A stretch of 64,000 nucleotides of DNA from an uncultured delta proteobacterium (GTDB taxonomy: Bacteria; Desulfobacterota; Desulfobacteria; Desulfobacterales; B30-G6), in the NCBI GenBank assembly GCA_963701385.1, contig CAVOZW010000006.1:143798-207797 (forward strand). Direction: 5' to 3'. The translations under genes and the position numbers were made by a program. Of the stretch, positions 55,477-64,000 are shown piece after piece. The first letter of the stretch is position 1; each line of letters starts with the position of its first letter. The notes below the pieces were generated by a model. The model did not search any database and was not told the origin of the DNA. It saw only the letters and a program-made list of their open reading frames with translations.

Positions 55477-57273
55477 TCAGAAATTCGTGGAACTCCACTT
55501 CGGGTCGGCCAGCGTGCCCTGCAAAGTGATTTCGAAGAGCTTGCTGACGGGCAGAAACACCGTCTGGAGAATCTGCCCCGCAAAGGTCCTTCTTTTTCAA
55601 GAAGCGAAGCTGAACGCCGAAATCTATCTGGCCGTCGGCCGATCATCTCGCCGTCGGCCTTCAGGCTCAGCACATCGCCCTCGATCCGCAGGTCGTCCGT
55701 CTGGATTCTGCCCTCCGGAACATCGAAGGACTTCGTCACATCCGTCTGGCGCAGGATGTAGGCTACGCCGGGCACGATCCTGGCCAGCCTGTCCGACAGC
55801 CCGCCGAAGAGCGGAATGCGAAAAATGTTTCCGCTGCGCACCCGGACGTAGCCGGCCCCGTCGACCGTTCGCGCCAGGCCTTCGCCGGCCTGGCCTTCGA
55901 CCTGCAACCACCCGCCCACCGTGCCCCTGTAACCGTCCTTGGCGGTGAGGTGCACCACGATGGCCTCGACGAGCCGACGAAAGTCCGCGTTCTCCACCGC
56001 GCCGCTCACGGCATAGTGCCAACGCGGATCGCCTTCCTCCAGGAGAAAGTCGGCGTTGCCCTCGGCCGTGCCGCCGTAAAAGGATCCGCGGCCATCCCGC
56101 AGAAACCAGGCCCCGCCCGACCGCTGAAGGTACAGCGAACACTGCTGCCAGAACAGGCGCCAGTAGCCGATCGAGGCCGCCTCGGCGACGGCCGAATACT
56201 CGCAGCACTCGGCCGACACGTAGCTCACCATTCCGTCGCCGTCAGGCGCACGGAGTCATACGGAAGTCGCGAATCGCTTCCGGCCCCGACGGAAAAATGA
56301 GCTGCGCCAGCGCCTCCGGCGCGAGCGACGACGATCCCGAGAAACGAACCGTCCGATCCATCAGATCCACCAGCAACCGCACGCGTGCCGAACCTTCCCG
56401 CCGATACACGTCCAATGGATCGAGCGTTACGCGAGCCCGGTTGTGACGTAAATCCAGATGCACATCGGCATCGCCCGCGGCCAGCGGCACGCCATTGTAC
56501 GTCGCCTCCGCCGTCCGGAAACGCCCGTCCACATCCAGTCGCCAGGCCGGTCCCAGCCTCCCACTGAACTCGGCCGCCATGCGCGGGCCGCTCTTCTCAA
56601 AGGAGAACGCCTCAATGAAATGGACCAGACCGGTCAGGTCGATCTGCCGCAGGTAGTCCACCAGTTCGACGGGGTCGAAAAACGAAACCAGGTTCCCTTC
56701 GTATTCGCACGTACCCTGCTGAAAGCGGAACCGGCCCGTCACGGGTCCGTGCGCGGCCCCTTTCCCCACCACGCCCGCGATCCCCTCCAGCCGGAGGCTT
56801 CCTCCGCCCGAAAAGACCTCGCAGCGAACGTCCGGCAGCCAGATGCCCGCCAGATCGAAACGGATCAGCCGCAGCCGCACCATCCGCTCCGCTTCCGGCC
56901 CGGCCGGCGGATCCGTCCCGTCGCAGGCCGAACGGCTCGCCCGTTCACTCCGCAGCCGCCCGTCGACTATCGTGACACCCTTGACCCATCCCGATTCCCG
57001 GCCGGGCAGACCGAAAGTCACCCGAATCGAATCCGCCTCGAAAAACGCCGCATCGACGACGCCCTTGCGAAAGAGCCGGACGCGGCGCAACATCAGCCCG
57101 CGCGGCGGGTCCAACCACATCCGGCCGATCTCGACGTACTTGTCGGGGCCCAACAGCAGAGCCCGGCCTTCTCTCGGGCAAAACGGGGGAACCCGATCCA
57201 CCACAGGTAGCCGATCAGCCCCGCGGCCAGCGCCGTGACCCCCAGGATATCGTACCGCGATCTTGCGCGCCAA
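55477..57273 (-). CDS. AsmA-like protein (frameshifted)
   Basis: N-terminal anchor, beta-rich, C-terminal G.G...IF.IPLFGGLS pattern. Confidence 0.6.
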
Positions 57274-57321
57274 TGGACTGCTCCCTCGCGAACCGCCCGG
57301 CTGGGTGCACGCGGCCGCCTC

Positions 57322-59237
57322 TCAACGAACCGTCGATACCTCGTCGGCCGCGACGAGGTTCCGGCCCAACAGGCCGACCAAGTCTCTGGGCAGCACGAAG
57401 ATCATGTCCTGCCCCTGCACCATGGCATAAACCCCGTCGGTTCCCGCGAGGAAGCCGATCATCAGTGTCTTGCGAATGCCTTGCGCGCTGCTTACGCCCA
57501 TCGTCAGTTTCATGCTCGGCGGATCCAATCCGTAGGAGGCCAGACCGTCCCGCGCCTGGCCCTCGAGGCGCATGGCCTTCAGGTTCGCGACAGCCCCCAG
57601 AACGCCCTGAACCGCGTCAGCTTCGACGTGTCCGGCCGCCGGCAGGACGAGACGCCATACCCCCGACTCGTCCTTGCGTACCGTCTGCTCTTCGTCGCCT
57701 TTGGAAAGAGTGATGGTCTGCACGGTGGAGGGCGCCAGGCGCATGATCACCCGGTCGGAGTAGACCACCGGGTCAACCCAGCGCGACACCGCATCGGGAC
57801 GGGGCGGAGCGAGGGGCGCTGGCCTCCCGGCTCATAGCGTCCGGCCAACAGGTCCGCCAGCCCGGGGCTGTAGATCTTCAGGATGGTGCTTTCGCCCGGG
57901 TACCCGCGAAGAAGACCCCCGTGCCGCCAAGCTCGTTTCCGATCTGCAGGCGCAGCGGCGCGAGGCCTTCCGCGGCCTCCTCCGGTTTCGCCGATTCGTC
58001 ATCCCCCTCGCGGCCGGCGCGGCGGAAGGAATCGTCCGCGCAGCCTCCGCCGCGCGCCCCGTTGCGGCCAGCCCGGTCGCCGCGGGATCCTCGTCCGCGG
58101 CCGCCGAGAACTCCTCGATCCTCAGCGCCAGCAGCCGCTTGAGCAGTTCGGCCACAACCTGACCGTCCGCCTTCCAGTTTCTCGGCTCCGCGATGAACCA
58201 CTCGCCCTCCTTCTTCCGCCGCAGTTCCAAGCGCTGATCCTCATCGCTCAGGCGCACATACGACACCTCCCCCGCCGCCAGGGGGAACACGGTCTGATCG
58301 CGAAACGCGTCGGCTTTCACGCCGAGGGCATCCACAGGGCGCTCTCCACCACATACACGGACTCCCCCTCCCCGGTCCTGGCGTACACTTCGCCGCCGAC
58401 ATCGGCCACCGGCTTGCCGAAAAGCAGCTTCTTGCCGATGGCCTCGTTCGCCTCCCAAACCGTGACCTGCACCGCCGGTTCGGCGAGGCCGAAGTCAATG
58501 CCGGTCTTGTCGACAAAACGCAACGCCTGCGCGCCGTAAAGCGTTCGCAGCAGTTCCACCACTCGGGCCGAACTGAGCCGCGCGTTCTTCGCGGGCTGCT
58601 CCATCACCCACTGCCCGCCTTGCCTGGTCATGCGAATGAAGCCGCCGGCCGCCCGCTGGATCTCAAGGGTCGGCAGCGACGGTTTCGATGTCGCCGTGGA
58701 GCAACAGCCGATCCCGGAGTTCCTCCACGGAGGAAGGGAGCGCCCGCAGCACGTCGCTCGAGGTGGCCATTACGTCGTTCTCCGACGCCCAGCTTGACGT
58801 ACAGCGTGCTGGCCATGGGCGCGTCGCGCCCCAGGAGGAGACTCCAGGTTCGCTCGCCGTCGGCGAACATGACCAGGGCGCGCGGGGCCGGGCCCAGTCC
58901 GTAATCGGCCAGCGTCAGCCCTCGGTTCTTGCGCTGCTCCTCCGAAATCGAGTTCACCCTGGGCAGGGAGTCGAGCACGTTGAGAATGCGGTTGATGGCG
59001 CTCGCGGAGGCCCGCGCCTTGATGGGTTTAACCAGGAACCAGCCCTGGGAGTCTCTCGCACTCCACGGAAAAATCCCCCCGCCCCATCGAAAGCCGCGTA
59101 ATCTGGTCCATCGCGAACCGGACAACGGTCTGGCGCACCCCGGCTCCCGAGCAACCGCTGCCGATAACGAGCCAGAACAATGAGCCCGGCCAGCGCCAGG
59201 GCAACGAGGAGGAGTCGCAGCGTGGTCTGAATCGCAT
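57322..59237 (-). CDS. DUF4340 repeat protein (frameshifted)
   Basis: Repeated W....P...A...V..LL..L..L and L..YGL..P units; follows a GldG-like gene. Confidence 0.75.
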
Positions 59238-59269
59238 ATCGCTTCCAAACGGTTCTTCGCCGGCGAGCG

Positions 59270-60853
59270 CTACCGCACCCGCATGAACCAGACGCCAAGC
59301 CCGAGAATGGCCACGGAGGCCGGCAGGATGCCGACGAGGATCACGAACGCCCAGGTCGCCTGCCGATCGTCCATCTCCAGCCTCGCCTTGTCGTACAGCT
59401 TCGGGCCCACGGCCATGAGCGCCTCGCGCTCGAGCAGCCAGTTCAGGGCACTCATGAAGAAATCTTCGTTCCCCCCGGACGCGCGTTCGTTGACGATGAA
59501 GTCGGAGTCGCCGATCACCACCAGGCGGGTCGCCTTGAGTTCGACCTTAACGTCCTTGATCGAGCCTTTCTCGACGGCCGCCGCCACGGGAATCGGACCG
59601 CGCACGTCGCGGTCGGCGTCATACTTCGGCGGCTCCTCCTCGGAGGAGGCCTCCATCCAACCGTTCTCCGAGCTGGCGGCCAGCACGGTCACCAGCGGCC
59701 GATCCTCCGGAGCGCCGCCCTGCGGCTCGGCCCCCTCGAGGGGCAGCACCGCCGTCGGCACGTACAGAACGGTCGTGATATCCTTCAGCCGCTTCGTCAA
59801 CGGATGGGCGCCGTATCGCCGGATGTACAGCTCTTCGCCGGTCCCGGGCAGCGGGGAAACCCCGTTCTCGCCCAGCCGCAGGACCAGCGTGCGCTCCACG
59901 ACGCGGTTGCCTGGAATCCGCAGACCCCATTTCTCCATCAGCGGATCCAGGCCAACCGTATAGCCGGCGTCGAGCAGGATCATCATGTTGTTCCCCGTGC
60001 TCAGATAACGATCCAGCAGCGCCACCTCGGCCTTGTGGAACGGCTTGCGGGGACCGGCAATGACCAGCAGGTCGCAATCCTTCGGCACGCCGCCAGCCTC
60101 CGTGAGGGAGAGTGAGCCAACGTCGATGTTGTCCAGGCGCATCGTTCTGGCCAGAGCCGAGTAACCCGAGTGCGGTTCGTAGTCTTCGATGTGGTGCTCG
60201 CCGTGGCCCGTGACGAAGAGGACCGACGGCCGCTTCCCCTCGGTCACGGCGAGGATCGCCGACGAGAAGGCCTCTTCGCCCCGAAAGGCGACCCTTTCCC
60301 TCCGCGGCGGCACGCCGCTGGCCATCGTCCGGTAATCGTAATCGGCCAAACTGTAGTCCACGATATCACGCTCGGGAACGGACTTGCTCCGGCCCCCGGA
60401 CTCGAACACGACCACGTCGGCCGTATGCAGGTTATACTTGCGCTGGAGCGCCTCGGCCCGCCCAGATCCCAGTACAGGATCGACGTACTCGACACTCACC
60501 CGGTGCGCGCCCTCTCTGGCACGGTCGGCGTACTCCTCCAGAAGCAGAAGGACATCCCGCAGCGTGGCCTGCTGCTCGGCCTGCTGCTCCGGCGTCACCC
60601 GGTACACGACGAAGACATCGACATCGGCCTTCAGGTCGGCCAGCATGCTGCGGCTCTTTTCCGACAGCGTGTAGAGCCCGGACCGGCTGAGATCCTGCGC
60701 ACGTAGAGGTAGCGGTTGGAAATGTAGTTGATCGTCGCCAGCAATCGGCCGCCGCCAGCAGAATGGAGACCGAGACGTTCACACCGGTAGCCAGCCGCTG
60801 TGGCCAGCCCAGCGGCCCATGCCGCGGCGCGCCTTGCCTTGGTTCACAGCCAT
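59270..60853 (-). CDS. GldG-like ABC-transporter auxiliary protein (frameshifts at the 5' end)
   Basis: YTLS..S, VDP, GEE.F.SAI, F.TGHGE, LVIAGP, RLVVIGDSDF, N.DFF...NWL, C-terminal TM. Confidence 0.85.
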
Positions 60854-61582
60854 CGCCGGGACTCCAGTACTTTCACGGTGCTGAACAGCGCAAGCGCCGT
60901 CCCCGAGACGTACAACACGACGGTGCGGCTGTCGACCACACCGCGCGCGAATTCCTTGATGTGCTCGAAGGACAAGAGCGCATGCAGCAGGCGCCCCACG
61001 GCGCCCCGGGTCATCTGGCCCAGCACGCCCACGACGAGAAACAGGATGCACAGCGCCGCGAAAGTGCCGATAGCCGCAACCACCTGGCTGCGCGTGAGCG
61101 CCGACATGAGCACGCCCACCGCCACGTAGAACGCCCCACGAGCAGCACGATCGCGTAGCCGGCGGCGACCGGCCCCCAATCGAGCCTCTCGATACCCGTG
61201 CTGAGCCCCTGCAGGAATTGAGGACGTGCAGGACCGTCGGCGCAAACACCGCGACGTACAGCGTCAACGCGGCCATGTACTTGGCCAGAACCACCTCCGT
61301 CTCGGTTACCGCCGCCGTCATGAGCGTCTCGATCGTACCGGAGCGCTTCTCTTCCGCAAAGAGCCTCATCGTGCCCACGGTGGCCACCATCATCACCATC
61401 AGCCACAAGGTGGGCAGCCAGAACATCGGAACATGCAGCCGCACCGGCTCTCCCGGCTGATCGTGGACTGCGCCGAATCCGGCCCCCGTAATAACGAGCA
61501 CCAGGAACATTGTCACGTAAGCGGCCGGACCGGTCACGTACGACGACACTTCCCGGCGCCATAAGACGAAGAAAGCCCTCAC
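60844..61582 (-). CDS. GldF-like ABC-2 permease (frameshifted)
   Basis: RE..SY...[41 protein letters not shown]. Confidence 0.88.
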
Positions 61583-62524
61583 GCGCCGCCCTCCTCGCCG
61601 CGGGTCACCGCGGCGAACACGTCCTCGAGGTGGTTCACCCGATCCGCGTGCAATTCACGCAAAGGCCATCCGCGGCCGGAAGCCACGGCAAAGAGGTCCT
61701 GCAGAACGTCCGCCCCTTTCTCGCACTCCACCCTCAGGCAACTCCATTCGCCGTGCGCCTCGCCGGAGACCTCCACGACGCGGGGCAACCGGCGGCACAG
61801 GTCCACGATCGGCTCCAACGGCCCTCGCGTCTCTCCGCCACGTACCGCACGTTGCCCTTCAGCAGGCCGATCAGATGCTCGGGCGTATCGGAAGCCACGA
61901 TGCGGCCCACCCGCATGATCAGAACGCAGCTGCCAGTACATTCCCACTTCCGAGAGGATGTGGGTGGAAAGCAGCACGGTGTGGCGTTCCGCGAGGCTCT
62001 TGATCAGGCCGCGCACATGGCGCACCTGGTTCGGATCCAGGCCGATGGTCGGTTCGTCCAGGATCAGCAGTTCGGGGTCGTGGATAAGACTGTCCGCCAA
62101 TCCCACCCGCTGCCGGTAGCCTTTCGAAAGCCGTCCCACGAGGAATCGGGAGACTTCCGTCAGCCCGCAGACTCCATACGCCTCGTGCACTCGCGCGCTC
62201 CGCGCTCTGCCCTTCATGCCGCGCAGCTCCGCGCCGATCGCAGGTATTCCTGCACCCGCATCTCGGGGTAAAGCGGCGCGGCCTGGGCGGGTCGCGAACC
62301 AGGCGCCGAATCGCCAGCGAATCACGCACAACGTCGAGCCCCGCAATCTTCACCGTGCCTCGAGTCGGCGGCAAATAGCAGGCTAGGATCCGCACCGTGG
62401 TGGTCTTGCCGGCGCCGTTCGGGCCAAGAAACCCGACGATTTCCCCTCGCTTGATGTCAAAGGATATCCCGTCCACCGCCACGGTCCGGCCGTAGCGTTT
62501 GGTCAACTCGCGCACTTCAATCAT
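61579..62524 (-). CDS. GldA-like ABC transporter ATP-binding protein (frameshifted)
   Basis: [37 protein letters not shown]. Confidence 0.92.
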
Positions 62525-62601
62525 GACTGTCCGGTCCGATTCTCGATCCACCGCCGCGGGAGTGGAAAATATGCTTTTCTCGATTGCGTTCTTCACCCAT
62601 T

Positions 62602-64000
62602 ATGGACCTCCAGGACACCGAGTCAAGAACCGGCAACATGAAGCCACTGGAGGAGCTGTGCATTGGCCGGCGCCGTCTGCCACCGGGCTCTGCTCGCCGA
62701 ACGACCCGATCGGTGCGGGAGGAGCGGCGGCACTCCGCTTCCCCCTATTCGGAAAGGCACCTTCGCTGTCTATGGGCCGACGCATCCTGCCGGCTGCCCC
62801 GGCTCCGCACGACGGCGGGCGAAGCCATCGTAGTAGAGAACCCCGGCCGCTGGAACCTGGAGGCCGGTCCGGATTCCCTCGACGCCTCCCTGCGACTTCG
62901 GCCCCGACCGGCGGCGGATCTCCGGCGACGTGGAGATTCACATCCGCCCCTCGGACTGGGACCGGCACGGGCACGGAGACGATCCCCGCTACGAGCGGGT
63001 GGTCGCCCACGTGACCTACTTTCGACGGTCCGCCGCCCGCCGCCGGGCTTCCGCCAGCGCGAGCATTCCGCTGGCCGCCGATCGGCCGCATGCCCTACTT
63101 CTCCTTCGAGAGCATGGACACGACGGCCTACCCCTACCTGCAACGCCAGCCCCCGACGCCATGCGCCGAAAGGCTCGCGGGCCGGCCTGCCGAGGACATC
63201 GAATCGCTTCTGGAATCCGCCGGCGAGGAACGGCTGCGCCGCAAAGCCGAGCACCTGGCCGCCGCGATCGAGCAGCGTGGAGAGGAGCAGGCGCTCTACG
63301 AGGAAACATTATCGCCCTTGGGCTACAAGCACAACCGCACCCCCTTCCGCCAGCTCGCCGGGCGCGTCCCGCTTCACACGCTTCGGGAAGAGACCAAGCC
63401 GGATCCGCCGGACCGCTACGCCTTGCTCCTCGGCGTGGCCGGGCTTATGCCCCTGAAGTTCGCTCCCGCGTGGGACGCGGAAACACGGGCGTATGTTCGG
63501 CGGCTCTGGGACGTCTGGTGGAAGAAGAAAAGGCCGCCTGGGAACCGCGGGTCATGCCGCCACGGCTCTGGCGACTCAGCGGACTGCGGCCGCAGAATCA
63601 TCCCGTGCGGCGCATCGCCGCCGCCGCCGCCCTTCTCCAGCCCCGCGACCTGGCTCGACCGCATCCACGCCGTCAGCGAAAACGAACCGGCGGCCTGGCT
63701 CGCGCAGATTACGGCGATCCTCGCCGCCCTGCCCGCCGGCGGCTACTGGTCCCGCCGCCTTGGCTTTTCCTCCGCGCCGCGCCCGCAGGCGATCGCGTTG
63801 ATCGGCCGCGGCCGCGCGGCGGCCATTGTCTCGAACGTGGTGGCGCCTTTCGCGGCGGCCACCAGCGGCCTGCCGCCACCGGCGCGGATATCCTCCGCCG
63901 TCTTCCACCCGAACAGGACAACCACGCCGTGCGCTTCGCGGCCCACATGCTCCTGGGTAGAGACCATAACCCGCGCCTCGCCCGAACCGCCTTGCGTCAG
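62602..64000 (+). CDS. DUF2851 family protein (frameshifted, 3'-partial, start uncertain)
   Basis: SERHL..LW, PGRWNLEAGPD, GDVEIH..DW..HGH..DP.Y..V..HV, LGY..N..PF..LA, RPQNHP.RR. Confidence 0.75.

Noticed and set aside
1443-64000. Mass pseudogenisation or programmed frameshifting
   Set aside because: Single-base indels occur throughout, including in nadE and lepB, often at homopolymers, which is typical of long-read error

Overview
Positions 1 to about 52.4 kb look like a moderate-GC Desulfobacterales-type (deltaproteobacterial) chromosome read with long-read-style single-base indels, so many genes are split across ORFs. From 1 to 29 kb it carries acyl-CoA and aromatic-type catabolic genes (2-hydroxyacyl-CoA dehydratase subunit, two CoA ligases, thiolase, a three-subunit xanthine-dehydrogenase-family enzyme, an acetylene-hydratase-like Mo/W enzyme), plus mutY, nadE, lepB, a two-component cluster and speB. 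From 29.5 to 52.4 kb is a cell-surface and glycan locus: a UDP-HexNAc dehydrogenase, a VanZ/LamG-like protein, a priming sugar transferase and four co-oriented secreted proteins. Two of the four are giant FN3-repeat proteins, and all four end in a short Cys-Phe tail with no transmembrane helix. A cluster of three toxin-antitoxin modules bordered by recurring short motifs interrupts this locus. Most intergenic regions hold nested inverted elements built from 7-9-bp tandem repeats. One such element carries a four-helix-bundle gene and two copies of the same element are empty. A low-GC beta-helix gene and an IS200 remnant follow at 52.4-54.6 kb. Near 54.7 kb the sequence switches abruptly to very high GC inside a truncated miaB, followed by AsmA-like, DUF4340, Gld-like ABC and DUF2851 genes; this is most likely a chimeric join to a different organism. 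All calls come from motif recognition by eye and no searches were run. Coordinates of frameshifted genes are approximate.
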